A stretch of 64,000 nt of DNA, taken from Thermovirgaceae bacterium. GTDB lineage: Bacteria > Synergistota > Synergistia > Synergistales > Thermovirgaceae. The stretch covers positions 32,001-96,000 of the forward strand of contig JAXGNU010000006.1 of assembly GCA_040767805.1 (NCBI GenBank). The letters are read 5' to 3'. The notes under the pieces were generated by a model, which was given only the letters and a program-made list of their open reading frames with translations, was not told the origin of the DNA and did no database searches. A program made the translations under genes and the position numbers. Below are positions 1 to 9,487 of the stretch, one piece after another (positions within the stretch are counted from its first letter, which is position 1; each line of letters begins with the position of its first letter).

Positions 1-2
1 AT

Positions 3-704
3 TGCGAGGTCACCGTGAGGATCAACGGCATGGACACGGAGTACTGGAAGGCCGACATAGAGACCGTCGTGCCCTGCGGCATCGACGGCATCCGCATACC
101 CAAGGTGGAGGACCCCAAGGACATCGCCCTGATGGACGAGGCCCTCTCCCATATCGAGAGCAATGCCAGGATACCGGTGGGCAGGACCCTGATCTTCTGC
201 CTGCTGGAGACGGCCCTGGGCGTTTGGAGGGCCTTCGACATTGCCAGGGCCTCGAAAAGAGTGGCCGCCATCTGCCCCGGGGGGGAGGACCTCCGGGCGG
301 ACCTGAAGACGACCCGTTCCGAGAACAGCGAGGAGCTCATCGGCCCTCGGAGGATGATAGCCCTGGCCGCCCACGCCGCCGGCGTCGACGCCCTGGACAC
401 GGTCTACGCCGACATCACCGACGACGCGGGGCTGAGGCGGGAAACGGAGTGGGTCAAGCAGCTGGGATTCCAGGGCAAGAGCGTCATACACCCGAACCAG
501 ATCCCGGTAGTCCACGAGGTCTTCACGCCGACGGCCAAGGAGATCGAACAGGCCAAAAAGATCGTCGAGGCCGCCGCCGAAGCAGCCGCCAGGGGGCTCG
601 GGGCGGTCCAGGTCGACGGCAGGATGGTCGACAAGCCCGTGGTCAAGAGGGCGGAGTACACCCTCCAAAGGGCTGGTCTGAAAGCCGGAGGTGAGAAAGC
701 ATGA
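3..704 (+). CDS. citE: Citrate lyase beta subunit (citryl-ACP lyase), 5'-truncated by window edge
   Basis: Frame open from window start; VRIN, IRIPKVE, LLETALGV, GGEDL, GFQGKSVIHPNQ and GRMVDKPV motifs; overlaps citF start. Confidence 0.92.
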   Translation, partial: CEVTVRINGMDTEYWKADIETVVPCGIDGIRIPKVEDPKDIALMDEALSHIESNARIPVGRTLIFCLLETALGVWRAFDIARASKRVAAICPGGEDLRADLKTTRSENSEELIGPRRMIALAAHAAGVDALDTVYADITDDAGLRRETEWVKQLGFQGKSVIHPNQIPVVHEVFTPTAKEIEQAKKIVEAAAEAAARGLGAVQVDGRMVDKPVVKRAEYTLQRAGLKAGGEKA

Positions 705-2251
705 CTATAAACGCCGCGGGACGCAATGTACCCGATACGATACCCGGTTACGGGGAGGTCCGGCACTTCAAGGGCCACGACAGGAGGCCCCCCGAAGGGT
801 GCCGATTCGGCAAAAAGAACAGGGCCGCCTTCAACACCAGGAGGGACAAGACCCTGCCCGACCTCAAGGCGGCCATAAGCGCTTCGGGGCTCAAGAGCGG
901 GATGACCGTGTCCTTCCATCACCACCTCCGCGACGGCGACTACGTGGTCAACGCCGTTATCGACGCCTGCGCCGAGATGGGCATCCGCGACCTGGTGATC
1001 TTCCCCACGGCCCTCTTCAAGGTCCATAAGCACCTGACAAAACATATCCAGAACGGGGTCATCCGCCAGATAATGGGATCCGTCAACGGGCCCATCGGGC
1101 AGCTCGCCTCCGAGGGCGGGTTCAGCGTCCCCGTCGTCCTGAGGAGCCACGGCGGGCGCCCCAGGGCCGTGACCAGCGGCGACGTGGTCATCGACGTGGC
1201 CTTCATCGCCGCCCCCACGGCGGACAATTACGGCAACCTGACGGGGGCCGTCGGCAGGTCGGCCTGCGGGTCCCTGGGGTACGCCCACAGCGACGCCCAT
1301 TACGCCCAGTGCGTGGTGGCCGTCACGGACAACCTGGTCAACTACCCGGCGCCCTGCATCCAGATCCCCCAGTTCTTCGTCGACTTCGTGGTCCCCGTGG
1401 ACAAGATCGGGGACCCCGCCGGCATCGTCAGCGGTACCACCAGGGTTACCAGGGACCCCATGAGGCTGCTGATAGCCCGTAACGCCGCGAAACTGATCGA
1501 GGCGACCCCCTATTTCAAGGACGGCATATCCTTCCAGACCGGGGCGGGGGGCATCTCCCTCGCCGTGGCGGCCTACGTCAGGGAAGCCATGCGGGAGCGG
1601 GGCATAAAGGGCAGCTTTGGGCTCGGAGGCATCACCGAGTTCTTCGTGGACATGATGAAGGAGGGGCTCTTCGAGAGGCTGCTTGACGTCCAGTCCTTCG
1701 ACCTCGCAGCGGTGAAGTCCATCGCCGAGAACACCAACCACGTGGAGATCTCGGCCGACTGGTACGCTAACCCCTGGAACGCGGGGTGCGCCGTCAACAT
1801 GCTCGACACGGTGGTTCTTGGCGCTACGGAAGTGGACAGGGATTTCAACGTGAACGTCAACACCGAGGCCGACGGGGCGATGCTCCACGGAATCGGGGGG
1901 CACCAGGACACCGCCGCCGGGGCGCAGCTGACCATCATCACCACCCCGCTGCTCCGCGGGCGGATACCCTGCGCCGTCGACTCGGTCTACACCGTCAGCA
2001 CGCCCGGCGAGGTGGTGGACGCCGTGGTCACGGAGTTCGGCGTCGCCCTCAACCCCAGGAGGCAGGACCTCATCGACGCCGCCAGGGAAGCAGGCGACGT
2101 CCCACTGGTCACCATGGACGAACTGGTGGAAAAGGCCCAGGAATTGACAGGGCCGATGACCCCCGTCGAGACGGAGGACCGGATCATCGGCGTGGTGGAA
2201 TACCGCGACGGCACCGTCATCGACGTGGTGAAGCAGCTGAAGAAAAAGTAG
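701..2251 (+). CDS. citF: Citrate lyase alpha subunit (citrate CoA-transferase)
   Basis: SFHHHLRDGD, RSHGGR, CGSLGYA, FQTGAGG and GGHQDTAAGA motifs; follows citE. Confidence 0.95.
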   Translation: MTINAAGRNVPDTIPGYGEVRHFKGHDRRPPEGCRFGKKNRAAFNTRRDKTLPDLKAAISASGLKSGMTVSFHHHLRDGDYVVNAVIDACAEMGIRDLVIFPTALFKVHKHLTKHIQNGVIRQIMGSVNGPIGQLASEGGFSVPVVLRSHGGRPRAVTSGDVVIDVAFIAAPTADNYGNLTGAVGRSACGSLGYAHSDAHYAQCVVAVTDNLVNYPAPCIQIPQFFVDFVVPVDKIGDPAGIVSGTTRVTRDPMRLLIARNAAKLIEATPYFKDGISFQTGAGGISLAVAAYVREAMRERGIKGSFGLGGITEFFVDMMKEGLFERLLDVQSFDLAAVKSIAENTNHVEISADWYANPWNAGCAVNMLDTVVLGATEVDRDFNVNVNTEADGAMLHGIGGHQDTAAGAQLTIITTPLLRGRIPCAVDSVYTVSTPGEVVDAVVTEFGVALNPRRQDLIDAAREAGDVPLVTMDELVEKAQELTGPMTPVETEDRIIGVVEYRDGTVIDVVKQLKKK

Positions 2252-2253
2252 CA

Positions 2254-2454
2254 TCGTGGATCGTGGATCATGAATCGTAATTCGTGAATCGTGAACCGAA
2301 AAAAATACCGATCCTTAAAAGAACGGGACCAAATTACTTCCCTAAGCCGCCAAATGGCGGCTTAGGGTTTCTTTTTGACCAATAAACACTGAAACAAAAA
2401 CCACTTTCTGTTCTCGCTCCGGGCTTTTTCCGATCCACGGTTTACGATTCACGC
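2254..2454. repeat. Convergent heptamer arrays (locus A) around an AT-rich core
   Basis: Six TCGTGAA-like units at 2254-2295; four reverse-complement units (tttccga tccacgg tttacga ttcacgc) at 2427-2454. Confidence 0.85.
2340..2376 (+). terminator. Intrinsic terminator after citF
   Basis: CCCTAAGCCGCC-aaat-GGCGGCTTAGGG followed by tttcttttt, between convergent citF and ugd. Confidence 0.8.
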
Positions 2455-2461
2455 TTTTGTT

Positions 2462-3790
2462 TTAAATCCTCCCCACCCCGTAGTAGGAGAACCCCTGGGC
2501 CCTCACGCGCTCCGGCGAGAGTTGGTTCCGGCCGTCGAAGACCGCCGAGTCGGGCTTCATGGCGCCCTTGACCCTGTCCCAATCGGGCCTGCGGAACTGG
2601 GGCCACTCCGTGACCAGGACGAGGGCGTCGGCCCCCTCGAGGGCCTCGTAGGAGTCGGCGCAGAAGGTCACCGAGCCGTCGTCGGGGAGCAGGGCCCTGG
2701 CCTTTTCCATGGCCACCGGGTCGTAGGCCCTCAACAGGGCGCCCCGCGAGAGAAGGGCCTCGGCCAGGGCGAGGGAGGGCGCCTCCCTCATGTCATCGGT
2801 ATGGGGTTTGAAACTGAGCCCCCAGATGGCGAAGGTCCTCCCGCCCAGGTCCTCCCCGAAGTGGCCCGTTATTTTTTCAAGGAAGAACCGCCCCTGGGCC
2901 CTGTTGGCCTCCTCGACGGCCCTTAGGATGGCCAGGTCGACCCCCCTGGCCGAGGCGCTCCGGATGAGGGCCCGGACGTCCTTGGGGAAACAGGAGCCCC
3001 CGTAGCCAAGGCCGGCGTAGAGGAAGGAGGAGCCGATCCTGCTGTCGGTGCCCATGCCGATGCGGACCTCTCCCACGTCGGCGCCGACCTTTTCGCAGAG
3101 GCGGGAGAGCTCGTTCATGAAGCTGATCCTCGTGGCGAGCATCGCGTTGGAGGCGTACTTGGTCATCTCCGCCGAGGGAATGGACATGGTGTAGAAACGG
3201 TCCTCCCTCATGACGAAGGGGGCGAAGAGCTCCCTGAGCTGCCTGTCGGTATCCTCCCGTTCGGTCCCTATTATGATCCTGTCGGGGCGGAGGCAGTCCT
3301 CCACGGCGGCGCCCTCCTTGAGGAACTCGGGGCAGAAGGCCACGTCGAAGTCGAGGTCCCACCGCCCCCGGTCGGCCAGGTTTTCCCCGATGATCCTCTT
3401 GATCTCGGCGGTGGTCCCCACGGGTATGGTGGACTTGGCGACGACGATCTTGGGGGTCTCCATGAGCCCGCCAATGCGGGAGGCAACCTCGTAGACGTGA
3501 GCCAGGTCGGCGGAGCCGTCCTCCCCGGGTGGCGTACCCACGGCGATGAAGACGAAGAGGCTGGGCCGGAGGGCCTCCCCCAGGTCCGTCGTGAAACGGA
3601 GGCGCCCCTCGGAGAGGTTCCTTTTGACCATGTCCTCGAGGCCGGGCTCGTAGATGGAGACCTTTCCCTCCTTCAGGCCCTCGATCTTGGAGTGGTCGAC
3701 GTCGACGCACCAGACGTCGTTGCCGTTCTCGGCGAGGCAGGCCCCCGTGACGAGGCCGACGTACCCGGTTCCGATGATGCAGACTTTCAT
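2462..3790 (-). CDS. ugd: UDP-glucose 6-dehydrogenase
   Basis: GTGYVG Rossmann motif, VGTP, KSTIPVGT, PEFLKEG, GYGGSCFPKD, GLSFKP, DGRN. Confidence 0.95.
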   Translation of the reverse strand: MKVCIIGTGYVGLVTGACLAENGNDVWCVDVDHSKIEGLKEGKVSIYEPGLEDMVKRNLSEGRLRFTTDLGEALRPSLFVFIAVGTPPGEDGSADLAHVYEVASRIGGLMETPKIVVAKSTIPVGTTAEIKRIIGENLADRGRWDLDFDVAFCPEFLKEGAAVEDCLRPDRIIIGTEREDTDRQLRELFAPFVMREDRFYTMSIPSAEMTKYASNAMLATRISFMNELSRLCEKVGADVGEVRIGMGTDSRIGSSFLYAGLGYGGSCFPKDVRALIRSASARGVDLAILRAVEEANRAQGRFFLEKITGHFGEDLGGRTFAIWGLSFKPHTDDMREAPSLALAEALLSRGALLRAYDPVAMEKARALLPDDGSVTFCADSYEALEGADALVLVTEWPQFRRPDWDRVKGAMKPDSAVFDGRNQLSPERVRAQGFSYYGVGRI

Positions 3791-3845
3791 GGATATCCCT
3801 CCAGGGGCAAATGATGGGGTCGAAAAAAGCGTAAGGGACTGTAAG

Positions 3846-4082
3846 GACCGTAAATCGTAAATCGTGAATCGTGAATCGAAGGGGCGAGGCCAAACCTTTA
3901 GAGCGTGAAACGTAAATCGAAAACAAGGCGACAGGAGTCAGGCGTCAGAAAAACGGAAAAGCAAAAGCGTAAGAGACCGTAAATCGTGAATCGGGAATCG
4001 TAAGAGCAAAGGCGTAAGAGACCGTAAATCGTAAATCGTGAATCGTGAATCGAAGGGGCGAGGCCAAACCTTTAGAGCGTGA
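3846..4082. repeat. Heptamer arrays (locus B) with an exact 63-bp direct repeat
   Basis: 3846-3908 is identical to 4020-4082; a third heptamer run lies near 3977-4004. Confidence 0.9.
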
Positions 4083-4145
4083 GGCGGGAGACGGAAGACC
4101 AAAAGCAAGGCGGCGGGCCAAAAGCGACCCTCTCCGGGCCGTTCC

Positions 4146-4511
4146 CTACCTGCTTATGACCAGCACGCCCGAGAGGATCAGGAAGACCCCGACCAGCCTC
4201 AGGAGGGTGACCTGCTCGGCGAAGAAAAAGGACGACACCCCCAGGACTAGGATGAAGACCAGCCCCGACATGACCGGGTAGGCGACCGACAGGTCCACCC
4301 TCGTCAGGGCTGCGCTCATGAACATGAAGGAGACGCCGAAACAGACCACCCCCGTCACGGCCCAGGGGTTGCCGGCTATACGGAACACGGCCGCGGCGAA
4401 GCCCCTCTCGAGCAGGTCCTGCTGGTGGCCGAAGCCGATCTTCATCATGCTGCTGGCCGTGGCGTTGAAAAGGGCGGAGCCCAGGATCATGAGCATGCCG
4501 AGCCGGTCCAT
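4146..4511 (-). CDS. SMR/EamA small membrane protein, probable undecaprenyl-P-L-Ara4N flippase subunit (ArnE/ArnF-like)
   Basis: About 121 aa, four hydrophobic helices, LSVAYP motif; GGAGGTG RBS before ATG 4511; divergent from arnT. Confidence 0.75.
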   Translation of the reverse strand: MDRLGMLMILGSALFNATASSMMKIGFGHQQDLLERGFAAAVFRIAGNPWAVTGVVCFGVSFMFMSAALTRVDLSVAYPVMSGLVFILVLGVSSFFFAEQVTLLRLVGVFLILSGVLVISR

Positions 4512-4623
4512 GGCGGAGCACCTCCCGCGGTTGGTAATTCGTCGGTCTATACCGTTATAATAATCCATGTTCGCGCTCTTAGAGCCCCGGATCTGAAGAA
4601 CCCCGCTGGGGAGGCCGTGTCCG

Positions 4624-6273
4624 TTGTTCTCTTCTCATAGAAAGAACCTGCTGTTCCTCCTGGCCCTCGTATCAATTCTGTACCTCGTAGCCCTCGGGAG
4701 TCACGGTCTGCTCGACCCCGACGAGGGACGTTACTCGGAGATCCCCAGGGAGATGCTCGAGAGCGGCGACTTCATCACCCCCCGCCTGAACTACGTGGCC
4801 TACTTTGAAAAGCCGGTCCTCCACTACTGGCTCACGGCCCTCTCCTTCAAGGTGCTGGGGCAGAACGAGTTCGCCGCCCGGTTCTTCCCGGCCGTACTGG
4901 CCATGGCAGGGGTGATGGTCACCTACTGGCTGGCGGACAGGATGAACGGCCCCAGGGCGGCCTTCCTGTCGGCCTGGGTCCTAGCCACCTCGCTGGTGTA
5001 CTTCGCCGTGGGGCAGATCAACATCACCGATATGCCCCTTTCCTTCTTCATGACACTGTCGATGGCCGGCTTTTGGATGGGCTACAGGCGGGACAGGAGG
5101 TACTTCGCCCTGTTCTACCTGGGAATGGCCCTGGCCCTGTTGACCAAGGGCCTGGTGGGCGTGGTGCTGCCCGCGGGGGTCGCTTTCTGGTGGATCGTGC
5201 TGACCCGCAAATGGGAGGTCACCAGGGAGGCGCTCTACCTTCCGGGCATAGCGCTCTTTTTCCTTGTGGCGGCGCCGTGGTACGTCCTCGTCTGCCTGAA
5301 GAACCCGGACTTTTTCCACTTCTTCTTCGTACAGGAGCACTTCCTCCGTTACACGACCAGGATGCACGGCCGTTTCGAGCCCTGGTGGTGGTTCATACCG
5401 ATAATCATCGTGGGCTCCATCCCCTGGGCCGGCTTCCTCCCCGGGGCGATAAGCGCTTCGCTGCCCTCGTCGGCCTCCAGCCCCACCCGCCAGGACCGGG
5501 GGAGGATCTTCCTCCTGCTCTGGTTCGGCGTCATCTTCCTTTTCTTCTCCCTTTCCAGTTCCAAACTTATTCCCTACATCGTACCGGCGATGCCCCCCCT
5601 GGCCATCATGACGGGCTCCTTCCTCGACCTCCACATGGACAGGGGCAAGAGCAGGACCCTGGGGGTGGGGCTGCTCCTGAACAGCCTGGTGCTGGCGACC
5701 TTCGGGGTGGCGGCCGCCGCCTACCCTTTCCTCGACCAACGGTACGGCAAAGAGCTGCTGCCCTTCGTGGCACCCGTGGCGGCGGTGCTGATTCTGCTGG
5801 TGATCCTCTCCTGGGCCTACTACCTGAAAGGGGAGTCCCGGAAGGTGGTGCTGGCCCTCTGCGTTTTCGCCTTTTTGAACATAGCGACCTTCAAGAATGT
5901 CTTCGGCTTCTACGACAGGATCATGAGCGCCAGGGACCTGGCATCGGCCATAAGGAGCCACGCTCGCCCGGAGGACGTAGTCGCCCAGTACCGGGATTAC
6001 GACCAAGGGCTTCCCTTCTACCTGAAGAGGAGGATCGTCCTGGTGGACTGGAGGGGCGAACTGGAGTTCGGTTCCGGACGGGGCGACCAGTCGGACTGGT
6101 TCCTCGACGAGAAAGGGTTCCTCCAACGATATTGGACCTCGGGCGAGAGGGTCCTGCTGGTGATGCGGGACGAACAGGACACCGCCTTTCTCGAGGAGAC
6201 CGGGACCATACCGCTGGTCCTGGGGCGGGCCGGGGATAAAATGCTGGTCACAAACAAGGGAGATGAACCGTGA
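4624..6273 (+). CDS. arnT: GT-C (family 39/83) glycosyltransferase, L-Ara4N transferase
   Basis: DPDEGRY, EM..SGD..TPRLN, YFEKP, LTKG and PWY motifs; polytopic membrane protein heading the arn operon. Confidence 0.85.
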   Translation: MFSSHRKNLLFLLALVSILYLVALGSHGLLDPDEGRYSEIPREMLESGDFITPRLNYVAYFEKPVLHYWLTALSFKVLGQNEFAARFFPAVLAMAGVMVTYWLADRMNGPRAAFLSAWVLATSLVYFAVGQINITDMPLSFFMTLSMAGFWMGYRRDRRYFALFYLGMALALLTKGLVGVVLPAGVAFWWIVLTRKWEVTREALYLPGIALFFLVAAPWYVLVCLKNPDFFHFFFVQEHFLRYTTRMHGRFEPWWWFIPIIIVGSIPWAGFLPGAISASLPSSASSPTRQDRGRIFLLLWFGVIFLFFSLSSSKLIPYIVPAMPPLAIMTGSFLDLHMDRGKSRTLGVGLLLNSLVLATFGVAAAAYPFLDQRYGKELLPFVAPVAAVLILLVILSWAYYLKGESRKVVLALCVFAFLNIATFKNVFGFYDRIMSARDLASAIRSHARPEDVVAQYRDYDQGLPFYLKRRIVLVDWRGELEFGSGRGDQSDWFLDEKGFLQRYWTSGERVLLVMRDEQDTAFLEETGTIPLVLGRAGDKMLVTNKGDEP

Positions 6274-7439
6274 CTATGAGAGAGACCTTCCTGCCCTTCG
6301 CGAAACCTGACATCAGCGAGGAAGCCATAGCCGACGTGGCGGATTCGCTGAGGTCGGGGTGGATCACCACCGGGCCCAAGGCGCTGAAATTCGAGAAGTC
6401 CTTCGGGGAGTACCTCGGCGTGCCCTACGCCCTGGCGGTGAACTCGGCCACGGCGGGGCTTCACCTGTCGCTGCTCGCCTTCGGCATCGGGCCCGGCGAC
6501 GAGGTCATAACGACGCCCATGACCTTCGCGGCGACGGCCAACACGGTGATACTGACCGGCGCCAGGCCCGTGCTGGCCGATATCGACCCCGTGACGTTCA
6601 ACATCAGGCCCGAACTGGTGAAAAAGGCCCTCACCCCGAGGACGAAGGCCCTCATCCCGGTGCACTTCGCGGGGCGCCCCTGCGAGATGGAGGCCCTCGA
6701 GGAGATCGCCGAGAAGAACGGCCTCGTCATCATCGAGGACGCCGCCCACGCCCTGGGGGCGTCCCGACAGGGGAGGCCCATCGGCTCCCCGGCGCGGCAG
6801 AGGCAGGCCGCCGTCTTCAGCTTCCACCCGACGAAGAACATCACCACCGGGGAGGGGGGCATGGTCTGCACCGCCTGCGAGGACGCAGCCGAGAGGGTCT
6901 CCGTCCTCAGGCAGCACGGGATGAGCAAGGGTGCCTGGAACCGCTACGCCGCCACGGGGACCCCCCACTACGACCTGCTCTTCCCGGGCCTGAAGTACAA
7001 CATGCTCGACATCCAGGCCGCCATCGGTAACGACCAGCTGACCCGGCTGGCTTCCTTCAACGCCCGGAGGCGGGAGATAGTGAGTATGTACAGGAAGGGG
7101 CTGGAGGGCCTGCCGGGCCTCGCCCTGCCACCCGAACCCGCCCAGGGGGACGTCCACTCCTGGCACATCCTCACCCCCCTCATCGATATTGACTTCCTGG
7201 GCTTCTCCCGGGACGAGTTCATGGCCAGGATGAGGGAGTTGAACATCGGGACGGCCCTTCACTACCAGGCGCTGCACCTCTTCTCCTACTACGGGAGGGA
7301 GTACGGCTGGAAGAGGGGCGACTTCCCCGGCGCGGAGTTCGTCAGCGACAGGATAGTGTCGATACCGCTCTTCCCGGCCATGACCGACGACGACGTGGCC
7401 GACGTGATCGAGGCGATCCGGCGGGTCTGCGGGAGGTGA
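6270..7439 (+). CDS. arnB: DegT/DnrJ PLP aminotransferase, UDP-Ara4O aminotransferase
   Basis: SGWITTGPK, NSATAGLH, EDAAHA, SFHPTKNITTGEGG; arn context. Confidence 0.85.
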   Translation: MTMRETFLPFAKPDISEEAIADVADSLRSGWITTGPKALKFEKSFGEYLGVPYALAVNSATAGLHLSLLAFGIGPGDEVITTPMTFAATANTVILTGARPVLADIDPVTFNIRPELVKKALTPRTKALIPVHFAGRPCEMEALEEIAEKNGLVIIEDAAHALGASRQGRPIGSPARQRQAAVFSFHPTKNITTGEGGMVCTACEDAAERVSVLRQHGMSKGAWNRYAATGTPHYDLLFPGLKYNMLDIQAAIGNDQLTRLASFNARRREIVSMYRKGLEGLPGLALPPEPAQGDVHSWHILTPLIDIDFLGFSRDEFMARMRELNIGTALHYQALHLFSYYGREYGWKRGDFPGAEFVSDRIVSIPLFPAMTDDDVADVIEAIRRVCGR

Positions 7440-8395
7440 GAGGGTCCTTGGAGAAGGCATCCCTGGACGTTTCGGTGGTGATACCAGTCTTCAACGAGGA
7501 GGAGTCCCTCCCCGGCCTTTTCGAAAGGCTTTTCCCCGTCATGGAGGGGCTGGGCAAGAGCTGGGAGGTGGTCTTCGTCAACGACGGGAGCAGGGACCGT
7601 TCCCTGGCCCTGCTGCTCGGCGAGGTCGACCGGCACCCCGGCTCCGTCAGGGTGGTGGACTTCAACGGCAACTTCGGCCAGCACATGGCCATCATGGCGG
7701 GGTTTTCCGTATCGAGGGGCGGCGCCGTGGTGACCATGGACGCAGACCTGCAGAACCCCCCCGAGGAGATACCCAGGCTCCTGGAGAGGATGGACGCCGG
7801 CCACGACGTGGTGGGGACCATCCGGTCCACCAGGAAGGACCCCCTCTTCAGGAAGTTCGCCTCGAAGGTCGTCAACAGGGTCACCAACAGGATAACGGGG
7901 CTGAACCTCCACGATTACGGCTGCATGCTGCGTGCCTACAGCCGGCGGGTGGTGGACCTCATCAACAGCTGTCCCGAGTCGACCACCTTCATCCCGGCCC
8001 TGGCCCAGAAGTTCGCCCTCAACCCGACAGAGATAGAGGTGGGGCACTCCGAGAGGGAGCTGGGGACCTCGAAGTACAGTCTCTTCAGGCTCATTAGGCT
8101 GAACTTCGACCTGATGACGGGTTTTTCCCTGGTGCCGCTCCAGGCCGTCACGATGCTGGGGCTCCTGATCGCGGGGCTGAGCTTCGTCTTCTCCATTTAC
8201 ATGGTCCTTAGGAGGCTCATCGTGGGGCCCGAAGCGGAAGGCCTTTTCACCCTTATGACGATAAACTTCTTCCTCATGGGGGTCACCATGTTCTGCGTCG
8301 GCATCGCCGGGGAGTACATCGGCCGGATCTTCCAGGAGATACGCAAACGCCCCCGGTTCCTGGTGAACAGGATCTACGGCGATGAGGAAGAGTGA
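7436..8395 (+). CDS. arnC: Undecaprenyl-phosphate Ara4FN transferase (GT2)
   Basis: VIPVFNEE, NDGSRD, NFGQHMAIMAGF, DADLQNPPEEIP, DYGCMLRAY, two C-terminal TM helices, GEYIGRI. Confidence 0.88.
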   Translation: MRGSLEKASLDVSVVIPVFNEEESLPGLFERLFPVMEGLGKSWEVVFVNDGSRDRSLALLLGEVDRHPGSVRVVDFNGNFGQHMAIMAGFSVSRGGAVVTMDADLQNPPEEIPRLLERMDAGHDVVGTIRSTRKDPLFRKFASKVVNRVTNRITGLNLHDYGCMLRAYSRRVVDLINSCPESTTFIPALAQKFALNPTEIEVGHSERELGTSKYSLFRLIRLNFDLMTGFSLVPLQAVTMLGLLIAGLSFVFSIYMVLRRLIVGPEAEGLFTLMTINFFLMGVTMFCVGIAGEYIGRIFQEIRKRPRFLVNRIYGDEEE

Positions 8396-9251
8396 AAGAC
8401 CGAGGACCGTCGTCTTCGCTTACAGCGAGGTGGGGCACCGTTGCCTCAAGGCGCTGATGGGCCTGGGAGCCGATATAAGGGGCGTCTTCACCTACGAGGA
8501 CGACAGGAACGAGAACACCTGGTTCAGCTCCGTGAAGGACCTGGCCGTGGCGGGCGGCATCCCCGTATTTACCCCCCGCGGCCTCGGCGATGGGCGCGCG
8601 GCGGCCCTCGTGGAGAGCCTGGAGCCGGAGGTGCTTTTCTCCTTCTACTACCGCGACCTCATCCCGGCAGCCATCCTCGCCATGCCCCGCCTGGGGGCCT
8701 TCAACATGCACGGTTCCCTGCTTCCCAGGTACCGGGGGAGGGCCTGCGTGAACTGGGCCATAATCCACGGGGAGACCGAGACGGGGGCCACCCTTCACTG
8801 GATGACGCCCCGCCCCGACGAGGGGGACATCGTCGACCAGGAGAGGGTACCCATCGGTGAGAAGGACACCGCCCTGGATGTGATGCTGAAGGTGGCCGAT
8901 GCCGCCGAGAAGGTGCTCACCCGGAGCCTCCCCCTCATCGAGGCCGGGAAGGCCCCCAGGATACCCCAGGACGGATCGAAGGCCACCTACTTCGGCGGGA
9001 GGAGGCCCGAGGACGGGCTCATCGACTGGGGCGCGCCGGCGAGGGATATCTGCAACCTGGTGAGGGCCGTCACCCGCCCCTACCCAGGCGCCTTCACCTT
9101 CCTGGACGGGCGGAAGGTATTCATCTGGAAGGCGACTCCCCTTGACGAAGATACCGGGGCCGCCCCCGGCACGGTGGTGGGGCGGGAGCCGCTGGTCATC
9201 GCCGCCGACAAGGGTGCCGTAAGAGTGGAGGAATGGGAACAAAAGCCGTAA
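8382..9251 (+). CDS. Stand-alone UDP-L-Ara4N formyltransferase (ArnA N-terminal domain)
   Basis: VFAY, FSFYYR, NMHGSLLPRYRGRA, GETETGATLH, YFGGRRPEDG, RAVTRPYPGAF. Confidence 0.85.
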   Translation: MRKSERPRTVVFAYSEVGHRCLKALMGLGADIRGVFTYEDDRNENTWFSSVKDLAVAGGIPVFTPRGLGDGRAAALVESLEPEVLFSFYYRDLIPAAILAMPRLGAFNMHGSLLPRYRGRACVNWAIIHGETETGATLHWMTPRPDEGDIVDQERVPIGEKDTALDVMLKVADAAEKVLTRSLPLIEAGKAPRIPQDGSKATYFGGRRPEDGLIDWGAPARDICNLVRAVTRPYPGAFTFLDGRKVFIWKATPLDEDTGAAPGTVVGREPLVIAADKGAVRVEEWEQKP

Positions 9252-9470
9252 ATCATGAATCGTAAATCGGGAATCGTAAGGTCAAAAGCGTAAACGGCAA
9301 TAGCAAACTTCAAAACCAGGGCAAAGGTGAAAGGTATGAGTTCTTCTTTTTCGTCTTTTCTAACACCTCACGCTCTTAAGGTTTTGCCTTGCCCTTTCGA
9401 CTCATGACTCACGATTCACGATTCACGGTTCACGGTTCACGATTTACGATTTACGATTCACGATTCACGA
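9246..9470. repeat. Convergent heptamer arrays (locus C) between the two ArnA-domain genes
   Basis: Five forward units at 9246-9280 (the first contains the TAA stop); 10-11 reverse units (ttcacga/tttacga/ttcacgg) at 9394-9470, ending just before the RBS. Confidence 0.9.
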
Positions 9471-9487
9471 GAACAGGGAGGTTTTTT

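Noticed and set aside
404..2254. Long antisense and alternate-frame ORFs here and throughout (e.g. 35408-37915, 32726-34399)
   Set aside because: Shadow ORFs expected in GC-rich DNA opposite well-supported genes; no recognisable motifs.
3846..4082. Repeats as a CRISPR array
   Set aside because: Units are 7-bp tandem repeats and one 63-bp duplication, with no regular unique spacers and no cas genes.
9389..9487. N-terminal extension MPFRLMTHDSRFTVHGSRFTIYDSRF of the decarboxylase
   Set aside because: It is the translation of the heptamer array; RBS and homology start at GTG 9488.
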